This document shows positions 7,922-16,151 of a stretch of DNA of 24,000 bases, piece by piece (the stretch's first letter is position 1; each line of letters begins with the position of its first letter). The notes below the pieces were generated by a model, which had not been told where the DNA came from, did no database searches, and saw only the letters and a program-made list of their open reading frames with translations. A program made the position numbers and the translations under genes. This DNA comes from Spirochaetaceae bacterium (GTDB taxonomy: Bacteria > Spirochaetota > Spirochaetia > Treponematales > Treponemataceae): NCBI GenBank assembly GCA_017614995.1, contig JAGAAX010000028.1, positions 4,641 to 28,640 on the forward strand, in the 5' to 3' direction.

Positions 7922-10150
7922 ATGAAACTCTGGGAAACTGGCGCAATTTACAAAAACGGAAAACTTACTGCCGCTGATGCACCTTCTGCTGACGGCGCAA
8001 AAAAAACTTTGGCTTATTCTATTTTGCAGAAACACAATACGAGCGGCGACGAATCAAAATTAAAGATTAAATTCGACAAAATTACTTCGCACGATATTAC
8101 TTATGTCGGTATTATTCAGACGGCGCGCGCCTCTGGCTTGGAAAAGTTTCCTATTCCTTATGTGCTTACAAACTGCCACAACTCGCTCTGCGCTGTCGGC
8201 GGTACAATCAACGAAGACGACCACATGTTCGGTTTGACATGTGCCCAGAAATACGGCGGAATCTATGTTCCGCCACATCAGGCTGTAATTCATCAGTTTG
8301 CGCGCGAAATGCTCGCAGAATGCGGCGCAATGATTTTGGGTTCAGACAGCCACACACGCTACGGCGCGCTCGGCACTATGGCAATCGGCGAGGGCGGCGG
8401 CGAGCTTGCAAAGCAGCTTTTGGGCAAGACTTATGACGTAAACTATCCGGGCATTGTCGCAATTTATCTGACAGGTTCGCCTGTTCCGGGTGTAGGCCCG
8501 CAGGACGTTGCGCTTGCAATCATCAAAGAAGTTTTTGCAAGCGGTTTTGTTAAAAACAAGGTAATGGAATTTATCGGCCCGGGCGTCGCAAATCTCTCGG
8601 CTGACTTCCGCATTGGTATTGATGTTATGACAACCGAAACAACCTGTCTTTCTTCAATTTGGGAAACAGACGCCAAAATCGAAGAATGGTACGCAATTCA
8701 TGGACGCCCACAGGCTTATAAAGAGATTAAGCCGCAGGACGGCGCATATTACGACGGCGCAATCGAAATCGACTTGAGCGAAATCCGCCCGATGATTGCA
8801 ATGCCGTTCCACCCAAGCTGTGCATATACTATAGAAGAAGTCAACAAAAATCTTATGGATATTCTTGATGAAACAGAAAAACGCGCAAAAGTTTCATTCG
8901 GCGATAAGGTAAACTTCTCTCTTAAAAACAAAGTGATTGACGGAAAGCTTTATGTAGATCAGGGTGTAATCGCAGGCTGCGCCGGCGGCGGCTACGAAAA
9001 TATCTGCGCGGCTGCTGATATTCTTAAAGGCAAAGATTCCGGCAACGGAAAATTCCTGCTTAATGTTTATCCCGCTTCAATGCCTGTCTACAAGGCTCTT
9101 ATGGAAAACGGTGCGTTCAGCGCATTAATCGGCGCCGGCGCAATTGTAAAGACTGCTTTCTGCGGTCCATGCTTCGGTGCAGGCGACACACCTGCAAACG
9201 GCGCTTTCTCAATCCGCCACTCAACAAGAAACTTCCCGAACCGCGAAGGCTCAAAGATTCAGAACGGTCAGATTTCAAGCGTTGCCCTTATGGACGCACG
9301 CTCAATTGCAGCAACAGCCGCAAACAAGGGCTTTCTTACAGCCGCAACAGAATTTGAGCCAGAATTCTCTGGCAAGAAATACTACTTTGACAAGTCAATC
9401 TACGAAAAGCGTGTCTACGACTCAAAAGGCCTTGCTCACCCTGAAGTTGAAATTCAGTTCGGCCCTAACATCAAAGACTGGCCTGAGCAGAAAGCCCTTG
9501 CCGATGATCTCTTAATCAAAGTTGTAAGCGAGATTCATGATCCGGTAACTACAACTGACGAGCTTATTCCGTCTGGCGAAACTTCATCGTTCCGCTCTAA
9601 TCCGCTCGGTCTTGCAGAATTCACTTTGAGCCGCAAAGACCCTGCTTATGTCGGACGCGCCAAAGCTGTACGCGACCTTACAGACGAAGTTAAGGCTGAA
9701 ATCAAGAACGCTGTCGCCGCCTTGAGCAAAAAAGACGCGGAACTCGGCAAGCGCGCAGAAAAAGCAGGCACCGGCTCAACAATTTTTGCCGTAAAACCAG
9801 GCGACGGCTCTGCCCGCGAACAGGCTGCTTCATGCCAGCGCGTTCTCGGTGCTTCGGCTAATATCGCCAACGAATATGCGACAAAACGCTACCGCTCGAA
9901 CCTGATTAACTGGGGTATGCTTCCGTTCATCTACAAAGACGGCGACAAGAATCTGCCTTTTGCGAACGGCGACTATGTGTTTATTCCGGGCGTAAAGAAA
10001 ATGGTGCAGGACAAGCTTCCGTCTATAAAGGCTTATGCTGTCAAGGCGGGTGGTGCGGTCAACGAGTTTGAGCTTTCAATCGGCGACCTTACCGACGACG
10101 AGCGCAAAATCATCCTTGCCGGCTGTTTGATAAATTTCTACAGAGATTAG
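7922..10150 (+). CDS. Aconitase-family Fe-S hydro-lyase (putative aconitate hydratase)
   Basis: 742 aa with aconitase signatures GSDSHT, AGCAGGG, FCGPCFGAG and HSTRNFPNREGS, plus a C-terminal swivel-like domain. AAGGA lies upstream of the ATG. Confidence 0.85.
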   Translation: MKLWETGAIYKNGKLTAADAPSADGAKKTLAYSILQKHNTSGDESKLKIKFDKITSHDITYVGIIQTARASGLEKFPIPYVLTNCHNSLCAVGGTINEDDHMFGLTCAQKYGGIYVPPHQAVIHQFAREMLAECGAMILGSDSHTRYGALGTMAIGEGGGELAKQLLGKTYDVNYPGIVAIYLTGSPVPGVGPQDVALAIIKEVFASGFVKNKVMEFIGPGVANLSADFRIGIDVMTTETTCLSSIWETDAKIEEWYAIHGRPQAYKEIKPQDGAYYDGAIEIDLSEIRPMIAMPFHPSCAYTIEEVNKNLMDILDETEKRAKVSFGDKVNFSLKNKVIDGKLYVDQGVIAGCAGGGYENICAAADILKGKDSGNGKFLLNVYPASMPVYKALMENGAFSALIGAGAIVKTAFCGPCFGAGDTPANGAFSIRHSTRNFPNREGSKIQNGQISSVALMDARSIAATAANKGFLTAATEFEPEFSGKKYYFDKSIYEKRVYDSKGLAHPEVEIQFGPNIKDWPEQKALADDLLIKVVSEIHDPVTTTDELIPSGETSSFRSNPLGLAEFTLSRKDPAYVGRAKAVRDLTDEVKAEIKNAVAALSKKDAELGKRAEKAGTGSTIFAVKPGDGSAREQAASCQRVLGASANIANEYATKRYRSNLINWGMLPFIYKDGDKNLPFANGDYVFIPGVKKMVQDKLPSIKAYAVKAGGAVNEFELSIGDLTDDERKIILAGCLINFYRD

Positions 10151-10160
10151 ATAATAAACT

Positions 10161-10316
10161 GTCATTGCGAGCGCAGCGAAGCAATCTCGGGTTTGCGACT
10201 AGGCTGGTTCTACGGAATTAGCTAAATCGGCAAACCCTGCCAATTTACCTTCGCGTAAATTGGTAAAGACTTACACATGTGCAGATTGCCACGTCGCTTT
10301 GCTCCTCGCAATTGAC
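10161..10316. repeat. Composite 156-bp mosaic element bounded by inverted GTCATTGCGAG...GCAATC arms
   Basis: The left arm at 10161..10186 is gtcattgcgagcgcagcgaagcaatc. The right arm at 10284..10316 reads gtcaattgcgaggagcaaagcgacgtggcaatc on the minus strand. The interior carries the GGGTTTGCG / TGGTTC / GGCAAACCCTG-hairpin modules. Confidence 0.8.
10229..10270 (+). repeat. GGCAAACCCTG-hairpin module, copy 1
   Basis: ggcaaaccctg-CCAATTTAC-cttcgc-GTAAATTGG-taaagac. Confidence 0.8.
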
Positions 10317-10333
10317 GTATAAATGGGAGAAAA

Positions 10334-11635
10334 ATGAAAAAAGTGAACAAAATCGAAAAAACGCTCGGCATTTTTATGTTGGCTTCGGCTGTAATTTTCG
10401 GCAGTTGTACAAAAGCAAAGCCGACAGCCGAAAACACAAAAACAGCAGAAGCACAGCCAGCCCAGACAGGACAGGTTGAAGCGGTTTCAGAAAATCAGCC
10501 GGAAAACGTCTCGCCTTCAATGGAAAAATTTGCCAAACAGCGCGAAGGTCTTTACGAAAAAGGCGGCATCGCTTTGTATGAAGCCGGTGAGATTTATGAT
10601 GTACCTAAAGAAATTGAAAAACAGTCTGTCAGAATCTTTGGTGTTGAAGGTGATTACTTTCCGCCGGATGAACCTTATAAAGATATTTTAATAACATTCA
10701 TTATTGAAGATACTAATCTTCATGTTATGCTTCCTACAGCTGTTTATGAAAAAACGCCTGAATTATATATTGAAGCAGAGCATGACGGCAAAACCTTTAT
10801 TTGCAAAGACAAAAAACCTCTAAACTTTAATGAAGAAAAAAACGCAGGTTTAATAGGCTATCATGCTTCTGTTTATTTTGAGAACCGCAATATCTGTTCA
10901 AAAAGCGATGAATGGAAATTCCGTCTTAGAGATTGTCAGAATGACGAACTTGTTGCCGAACAGACACTGACAAGAAAAGCTCTTTCATGCGGGTATGTTG
11001 TTTATTCAGAAGAATACGAAAATCCGTTTGTGCTAAATGAAAACCGCGGTATTAAACCTAATACAAAGTATCATTTGATTTATAGGGGAAAAGGCGGTTC
11101 TTTTCCAGATGAGGGAACTATGGCTGTTTTTTCTTACGGTTATCATACAGATGGAAAACTGCTTTATGTTCCTTTTCTTGGGGTTAAAACAAAAACTGAT
11201 ATAGACGGCATTTGTTCTTTTGATTTTTCAATAAGAGAGCCCGGACAGTATAAGCTTGATTTTTACGATGTTCCGTCTGGAAAAATAACATATACGTCAT
11301 TTTTTGATTTTATTCATGTTTCAAACTTAGGCGAAATTGAATATATAGAAAATGCAGGTACAGAATGGAAGGTGAATTCGCCTGAAGGTCTTAGGCTTAG
11401 AGATTCGCCATGGGGCGAAAAAGTCGGGCTTCTGCAGGACGGAACTGAATTAATTCAGACAGAAAATGCGCATTATCCGTTCTATGATTTTATTGACGGT
11501 CATCATGGCTTTTGGATTCCAGTACGGCAGAAAAATCCGCCTGAAACTTCTGATGTTCAGGAAAAGCCTAAAATTTTCTGCGCCAGCGGTGAAGAAACTG
11601 ACGGCTGGGTATTTTCCGGCTTTTTGACAAAATAA
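10334..11635 (+). CDS. Lipoprotein with C-terminal SH3b-like domain, function unknown
   Basis: The N-terminus MKKVNKIEKTLGIFMLASAVIFGSC has a lipobox-type cysteine. The C-terminal WKVNSPEGLRLRDSPWGEKVGLLQDGTEL resembles bacterial SH3 domains. GGGAG lies 4-5 nt upstream of the ATG. Confidence 0.7.
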   Translation: MKKVNKIEKTLGIFMLASAVIFGSCTKAKPTAENTKTAEAQPAQTGQVEAVSENQPENVSPSMEKFAKQREGLYEKGGIALYEAGEIYDVPKEIEKQSVRIFGVEGDYFPPDEPYKDILITFIIEDTNLHVMLPTAVYEKTPELYIEAEHDGKTFICKDKKPLNFNEEKNAGLIGYHASVYFENRNICSKSDEWKFRLRDCQNDELVAEQTLTRKALSCGYVVYSEEYENPFVLNENRGIKPNTKYHLIYRGKGGSFPDEGTMAVFSYGYHTDGKLLYVPFLGVKTKTDIDGICSFDFSIREPGQYKLDFYDVPSGKITYTSFFDFIHVSNLGEIEYIENAGTEWKVNSPEGLRLRDSPWGEKVGLLQDGTELIQTENAHYPFYDFIDGHHGFWIPVRQKNPPETSDVQEKPKIFCASGEETDGWVFSGFLTK

Positions 11636-11748
11636 CAACTCCGGTAGATTCTTGTTGATGTATATTGCTATAGATTGCAGTTTTTCTGGCGGAAAGTAGT
11701 GAATTGCGGACGCGGACTGCCTCATGGCTTGCCATTAGAGCAGGACGT

Positions 11749-11771
11749 CGGACGCAAGTAACGGATTTCCG
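11749..11771 (-). repeat. 23-nt repeat, inverted copy of 19666..19688
   Basis: cggacgcaagtaacggatttccg is the exact reverse complement of cggaaatccgttacttgcgtccg at 19666..19688. Confidence 0.9.
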
Positions 11772-11806
11772 ACAGGCAAAATCACATTCTAAAAGTTGAA
11801 AATATG

Positions 11807-11815
11807 TGATATAAT
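11807..11815 (+). promoter_or_regulatory. Candidate extended -10 promoter (TGaTATAAT) for udp
   Basis: Perfect TATAAT at 11810..11815, preceded by TG at 11807..11808. It would place the hairpin doublet at 11854..11928 in the udp 5' UTR. Confidence 0.45.
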
Positions 11816-11853
11816 ACGCAAAGCTTGCATTGTCGCTGACGTGTCGAGAGTGT

Positions 11854-11928
11854 GTCATTGTCGGGCATGACCCGACAATCTTCGCTAGACAAATCGGGTA
11901 AGATTCCCTGGTCAAGCCAGGGAATGAC
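11854..11928. repeat. Head-out doublet of GTCATT-hairpin repeats
   Basis: 11854..11880 is GTCA-TTGTCGGG-catga-CCCGACAA-TC. 11902..11928, read on the minus strand, is GTCA-TTCCCTGG-cttga-CCAGGGAA-TC. The spacer is 21 nt. Confidence 0.85.
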
Positions 11929-11947
11929 AGTTCAAAAGGAGATTGAA

Positions 11948-12727
11948 ATGGTAGACTACACAGAAGGTTCTGGAAAACAGTATCACACAGGGGTTGGACC
12001 TGCTGATATAGGAAAATATGTGATAATGCCGGGCGACCCGAAGCGGTGCGCTAAGATTGCGGAGCATTTTGAGAACGCGCACCTTGTTGCAGATGTGCGC
12101 GAATATGTTACATACACTGGAACTTTGGAAGGCGTTCCTGTAAGCGTTACTTCAACTGGAATAGGCGGTCCGTCTGCGGCAATTGCGATTGACGAGCTTG
12201 CAAAATGCGGCGCGCATACGTTTATCCGCGTTGGCACTTGCGGCGGTATGCAGGAAGACGTAATGGGCGGCGACATTGTAATTGCTACTGGTGCTGTCCG
12301 CATGGAAGGCACAAGCCGCGAATTTGCGCCAATCGAATATCCGGCAGTTGCAGACTTAGACTGTGTAAATGCGCTCCGCGATGCAGCAAGGGCGTTGAAA
12401 GCGCCGCACCACACAGGCGTTGTTCAGTGCAAAGACTCATTCTTTGGGCAGCATGAGCCGGAGATTATGCCGGTAAGTTACGAGCTTGAAAACAAGTGGC
12501 AGGCGTGGCTAAGAATGGGCTGTCTTGCTTCAGAAATGGAAAGCGCGGCTTTATTTATTGCCGGTCAGTTTTTGCGCGTGCGTGTAGGTTCGTGCTTTTT
12601 GGTTGTTGCAAACCAGGAGCGCGCCAAAAAGGGGCTGCCGAACAAACAGGCACACGACACAGAGCTTGCAATCACAGTCGGTGTAGAAGCCCTGCGCCGT
12701 CTTATCATTCAAGACAAAAACAAATAA
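11948..12727 (+). CDS. udp: Uridine phosphorylase (PNP/UDP family 1)
   Basis: Collinear with E. coli Udp as I recall it: [32 protein letters not shown] (E. coli FAPLEFPAVADFEC) and EMESAALF. The start is set at ATG 11948 with AGGAG at 11937..11941. The track's upstream extension is translated repeat DNA. Confidence 0.9.
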   Translation: MVDYTEGSGKQYHTGVGPADIGKYVIMPGDPKRCAKIAEHFENAHLVADVREYVTYTGTLEGVPVSVTSTGIGGPSAAIAIDELAKCGAHTFIRVGTCGGMQEDVMGGDIVIATGAVRMEGTSREFAPIEYPAVADLDCVNALRDAARALKAPHHTGVVQCKDSFFGQHEPEIMPVSYELENKWQAWLRMGCLASEMESAALFIAGQFLRVRVGSCFLVVANQERAKKGLPNKQAHDTELAITVGVEALRRLIIQDKNK

Positions 12728-12738
12728 AAGACGCAATA

Positions 12739-13194
12739 ATGATTGAACAAATAACAGACAGCACACAAAAACAAAAAATTGCACGCACTGTGCTTGAGAA
12801 GCTGACCGTCTGGTTTGAAAATCCAGAAGGGCGTGAGCATTTGATTGCTGACAGTGGCGGTCAGATTATGCTTGCTGACATTGAGAACAATGAACCGTAC
12901 GGTTTTATCTGTCTTAAAGAAACTGGAAAAGACACAGTTGAAATTGCTGTTTTAGGCGTGCTGTCTGAATATCACCGCAAAGGTATAGGGCGCGCTCTAT
13001 GTGAAGCCGCAAAAAAAATTGCCGCCGCTTCCGGATATTCATTTATGCAGGTAAAAACAGTCAAGTTAGGCATGTACGAATGCTACGACAAGACAAACCT
13101 GTTCTACCGCAGTCTGGGCTTTAAAGAATTTGAAGTTATGCCGGAACTTTGGGACGAGCTAAACCCATGCCAGATTTACGTAATGGCATTGTGA
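12739..13194 (+). CDS. GNAT family N-acetyltransferase
   Basis: From ATG 12739 (MIEQITDS...), with VLGVLSEYHRKGIGRALCEAAKKIA (motif A) and FYRSLGFKE. The track's longer ORF (from 12496) overlaps udp out of frame. Confidence 0.8.
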   Translation: MIEQITDSTQKQKIARTVLEKLTVWFENPEGREHLIADSGGQIMLADIENNEPYGFICLKETGKDTVEIAVLGVLSEYHRKGIGRALCEAAKKIAAASGYSFMQVKTVKLGMYECYDKTNLFYRSLGFKEFEVMPELWDELNPCQIYVMAL

Positions 13195-13210
13195 AGTGCC
13201 GCTGAAAAAT

Positions 13211-13286
13211 GTCATTCTCGGGCTTGACCCGAGAATCTCTAAAACTTCATCTTCTTGTAGATTGCCGTGTCACGCACGGCAATGAC
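13211..13286. repeat. Head-out doublet of GTCATT-hairpin repeats
   Basis: 13211..13237 is GTCA-TTCTCGGG-cttga-CCCGAGAA-TC. 13260..13286, read on the minus strand, is GTCA-TTGCCGTG-cgtga-CACGGCAA-TC. The spacer is 22 nt. The doublet lies between convergent gene ends. Confidence 0.85.
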
Positions 13287-13323
13287 ACAAAAGAGGACTT
13301 TTCCCGTCATTTTTGTAGCAGGT

Positions 13324-13779
13324 TTACGCCTGTTTCTTTAAGCTTTCATTGATTGATTCTGTTTCTTTTCTGTAATAAATGGTAAAACTTATCCACATTA
13401 TTACATAAATTATGATGAAAATAACAAACCATATAATTGTGCTTCTTGTTGTGTGAGGAAACCAGCCGCATAAAAAGCCGGAAATATACATTACAACCGA
13501 AGTAATGACAAAATGAAGCACTGTCTGTGCAAGAAGGCTCCAGTTGTCAAGCTCAAAAATAACTGTAGATGAAGCAAATGTTATTCCAATTATTCCGAAC
13601 AGAAAGTACTGAATGATAACAGCAGCCATTTCTGTATTTGTGTGTGTACTAAGATAAGCAGAAATAGGGTAGAAATTTCCGTTACCTGCTAAAAGTGACT
13701 CAAAAATCAGAATTGTTTCACCAATAAATACACCGATCATAAATCCTAAAGATGCTCTTTTAATTATTTCTTTCAACAT
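13324..13779 (-). CDS. Small 4-TM membrane protein (DUF3021-like) partnered with the LytTR regulator
   Basis: 151 aa with four hydrophobic helices and a WSLLAQTVLHF motif I associate with DUF3021 proteins. AGGAG lies 7 nt upstream of the ATG. It starts 10 nt after the LytTR gene stop. Confidence 0.7.
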   Translation of the reverse strand: MLKEIIKRASLGFMIGVFIGETILIFESLLAGNGNFYPISAYLSTHTNTEMAAVIIQYFLFGIIGITFASSTVIFELDNWSLLAQTVLHFVITSVVMYISGFLCGWFPHTTRSTIIWFVIFIIIYVIMWISFTIYYRKETESINESLKKQA

Positions 13780-13789
13780 AGTATTACTC

Positions 13790-14260
13790 CTAATTGCGAA
13801 CCATATTAAGCTGGTTCTTAATCTTTGTCATATATCTTCTTGAAACTATTGCAGTTTTTCCGTCTGTAAAGTTTATGCGGACAACACCTGTTATTGACAT
13901 GTCCAGTGCAGTTACTTTTGAAAAATTTGCAATATCCGTATTTGAAATTCTTATGAAGTCTGTCCAGCCGCAGCTTTCGGCAAGCTGTTCAAATTCATAG
14001 AGCCTCATTTTCAAAAGCAGTGTTTCTTTTTCAGTTTCAACATAAACTTTTTTGTTCATGCTGTAGATTCTGAAAATATCGCCCTGCCTGACTTGAATGC
14101 AGTAATCGCCGTCCCAGCCGGAAATTACCGCCATTCTGCCGGTTTCGTCCATTCTGCGGATTTTCTCGGCGACCGCGGTAATACCGGAGGTTTCGGTTTC
14201 TGCGTGAATGACACAGAAAGGCTTTCCGCATTTTTCGATTTTGATTTCTGTGCGCAACAA
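13790..14260 (-). CDS. Stand-alone LytTR-family DNA-binding regulator (no receiver domain)
   Basis: 156 aa. The C-terminal 95 aa match the LytTR pattern (FIRISNTDIANFSKVTALD...VRINFTDGKTAIVSRRYMTKIKNQL). TTG start with AAGGAG just upstream; the exact start is uncertain. Confidence 0.8.
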   Translation of the reverse strand: MLRTEIKIEKCGKPFCVIHAETETSGITAVAEKIRRMDETGRMAVISGWDGDYCIQVRQGDIFRIYSMNKKVYVETEKETLLLKMRLYEFEQLAESCGWTDFIRISNTDIANFSKVTALDMSITGVVRINFTDGKTAIVSRRYMTKIKNQLNMVRN

Positions 14261-14308
14261 GTTCTCCTTTTGCTAGTTTTTGCAACAGCAGGGTTTTATT
14301 ATAGATAA

Positions 14309-14336
14309 ACTATAACTTGAATCTCCCTGATTGCAA
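14309..14336 (-). promoter_or_regulatory. Candidate sigma70-type promoter of the LytTR operon
   Basis: The minus strand reads TTGCAA (14336..14331), a 16-nt spacer, then TATAGT (14314..14309). It lies about 50 nt upstream of the TTG start. Confidence 0.4.
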
Positions 14337-14375
14337 AGCCAGTATAGCAGGCTTGATTTTGCAGGTACTTTTCCC

Positions 14376-14408
14376 CGCGACAAGTGGCTGATTATCGCGA
14401 TAACTGGC
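14376..14408. promoter_or_regulatory. Imperfect 13-bp direct repeat, 20-bp period, in the divergent control region (candidate regulator binding site)
   Basis: CGCGACAAGTGGC (14376..14388) and CGCGATAACTGGC (14396..14408) match at 11 of 13 positions. The second copy overlaps the palindrome TTATCGCGATAA (14392..14403). Confidence 0.35.
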
Positions 14409-14458
14409 GTTTCAGGTCTTTTTTTTTAGCATGAATTATGATATAGCTTTTATAAAGC

Positions 14459-16054
14459 ATGAAAAGAAACTTTAATTTAAGCATAAGCCTGCAAATTTCG
14501 ATTTTTCTCATAATTGTTGCATTTATTCCGGTTGCAATTACGATGGCGCTTGAAACTTATGAGAAGCAGCAGCTTTTGATGATGGAAAGTTCAAACGTCC
14601 AGCAGGGGCGTCTTGTTTCTGCGGCTCTTGCAACAAATGAATCAGAGACAATCGATAAGGATTTTGCAATTGCTTTTCTTAAGAACATGAACGGCAGGTT
14701 TGATTGCCGCATCCGCATTCTTGACAAAAACGGAATGATGGTTGCCGATTCAAGTTCTGTTTCAGAAAATATTGCGGAGACTTCAGCTTCTGTTTCAAAG
14801 CGGACGGAATCAAGCCAATATGAGCTTTTAAAATCGCCGGAGCAGTCTTTTATTTACCGTTTGTTTTCTTTTCCTATCCGTATATATAGAAAGTATTTAA
14901 GAGAGCCGGTAGTTCCTTATGAAACTGCTGATTTTTATGCGAATAAGTCAGTTTTTGACGGCGATGAAATCAAATCTGCTTTAGACGGAAAATACGGAGC
15001 TGTTACAAGAATTTCTTCCGGCGGGCAGGTGAGTGTTACGCTTTATTCGGCAATTCCTGTTATTAAGAACGAAAAAATCTGCGGCGTTGTTCTTGTGAAC
15101 AGATCGACTTACAAAATTCTTCAGAATCTGTACGAGCTGCGCCTTGATTTGGGCAAAATCTTTTTGCGCTCGTTAATCGTTGTAATTTTGATTGCAGTTT
15201 TTCTTGCTTTCAGAATCTCGTATCCGCTTAGAAAGCTTGCAAGGCAGGCGGCGGAATGTGCGGATAAAAAGGGCAGAATCTTTTTTACAGATTTTACCGG
15301 CAAAAAACGCCACGATGAAATCGGTGAGCTTTCAAGAGCTTTTACCTCGCTTATAGACCGCCTGAACCGGCGCATAAAATTCAGCCAGGCTTTTTCTTCA
15401 GATATTGCGCACGAATTCAAGAATCCGCTTACGGCAATTAGAACTTCGGCAGAGCTGCTTGGAAGCAGTGATTTGTCTGAAAATGAAAAAACTGAGCTTG
15501 CTTCTGCAATTGTTGATGAAGTCTCTCATTTGCAGACTTTGCTAAACGGCGTGCGGAACATTTCAAAAATTGATGCCGGAATAATCGAAGAGGAGCATAC
15601 AAGCGTTCCGGTGAACAGTTGTGCAAAGCATATAATTGAACGGCTGAAAAACAAATATCCGTCTGTGAATATTGAGTTTTCTTCAAATAAAGATGAGATA
15701 AATCTTCCATTGCCGCAGGATTATTTTGACAGAGTTGCGGAAAATCTTATTGACAATGCAATGAGTTTCGGCTCAAAAGTTTTTGTTTCATCGGTTTTAG
15801 AGGGCGGCAGGTTTTGTTTTGCTGTTGAAGATAACGGCAGAGGCGTAAACAGTGAGCAGCTTTCAAAGATTTTTGAGCGTTTTTATTCTGAACGCAGCGA
15901 AAACCACAATGATTTTTCGCACACAGGGCTTGGGCTTTCAATTGTAAGAGCAATAGCAGATTCTCTTGAAGGCGAGATTTGTGTTTCAGCAAGCGAAAAA
16001 CTCGGCGGTGCGAAGTTCTGTTTTGCAATTCCTATAAAAATTCCCATAAAATAA
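14459..16054 (+). CDS. Two-component sensor histidine kinase, CreC-like
   Basis: 531 aa with an N-terminal TM helix, an extracytoplasmic domain, a second TM helix and a HAMP-like linker. H-box is FSSDIAHEFKNPLTAI; N/G boxes are LIDNAMSF, VEDNGRGV and GLGLSIV. The sensor segment ALDGKYGAVTRISSGG...ICGVVLVNRS and IFERFYS parallel E. coli CreC as I recall it. Confidence 0.9.
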   Translation: MKRNFNLSISLQISIFLIIVAFIPVAITMALETYEKQQLLMMESSNVQQGRLVSAALATNESETIDKDFAIAFLKNMNGRFDCRIRILDKNGMMVADSSSVSENIAETSASVSKRTESSQYELLKSPEQSFIYRLFSFPIRIYRKYLREPVVPYETADFYANKSVFDGDEIKSALDGKYGAVTRISSGGQVSVTLYSAIPVIKNEKICGVVLVNRSTYKILQNLYELRLDLGKIFLRSLIVVILIAVFLAFRISYPLRKLARQAAECADKKGRIFFTDFTGKKRHDEIGELSRAFTSLIDRLNRRIKFSQAFSSDIAHEFKNPLTAIRTSAELLGSSDLSENEKTELASAIVDEVSHLQTLLNGVRNISKIDAGIIEEEHTSVPVNSCAKHIIERLKNKYPSVNIEFSSNKDEINLPLPQDYFDRVAENLIDNAMSFGSKVFVSSVLEGGRFCFAVEDNGRGVNSEQLSKIFERFYSERSENHNDFSHTGLGLSIVRAIADSLEGEICVSASEKLGGAKFCFAIPIKIPIK

Positions 16055-16151
16055 CACATTTCCGCCATAATTCTGACACATTTAATAAATAAGATTCTCT
16101 TATAGAAAATCAACGCAGACAAAAAAATTATGATTTTCAGGAGATTTTATT

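Noticed and set aside
11852-11947. Longer udp start (track ORF from 11852, adding [32 protein letters not shown])
   Set aside because: The extension is a direct translation of the two hairpin repeats. AGGAG at 11937..11941 serves the ATG at 11948, and homology to Udp begins after that ATG.
8060-12414. Antisense or alternative-frame ORFs inside the aconitase-family and udp genes (8060..8293, 8239..8436, 8464..8676, 9177..9515, 9646..9870, 11983..12414, 12205..12456)
   Set aside because: They lie within strongly supported genes in the more GC-rich part of the window, where stop-free antisense frames arise by chance. No motifs or SDs were found.
12496-12738. Long N-terminal extension of the GNAT ORF (start at 12496)
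   Set aside because: It overlaps the 3' third of udp in another frame and is Arg/Cys-rich nonsense. The GNAT domain begins at the ATG at 12739, just after the udp stop.
14392-14403. Perfect 12-bp palindrome TTATCGCGATAA as a stand-alone operator
   Set aside because: Several 12-bp palindromes are expected by chance in a window this size. It overlaps the second copy of the 13-bp direct repeat, so I report it only as part of that candidate site.
16054-16083. 8-bp direct repeat ACACATTT (16054..16061 and 16076..16083, 22-bp period) upstream of creD as a response-regulator box
   Set aside because: By a rough estimate, about ten exact 8-mer repeats within 30 bp are expected by chance in 24 kb of AT-rich sequence. 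There is no third copy or supporting context. It is noted only as something to keep in mind if the regulator's binding motif is determined.
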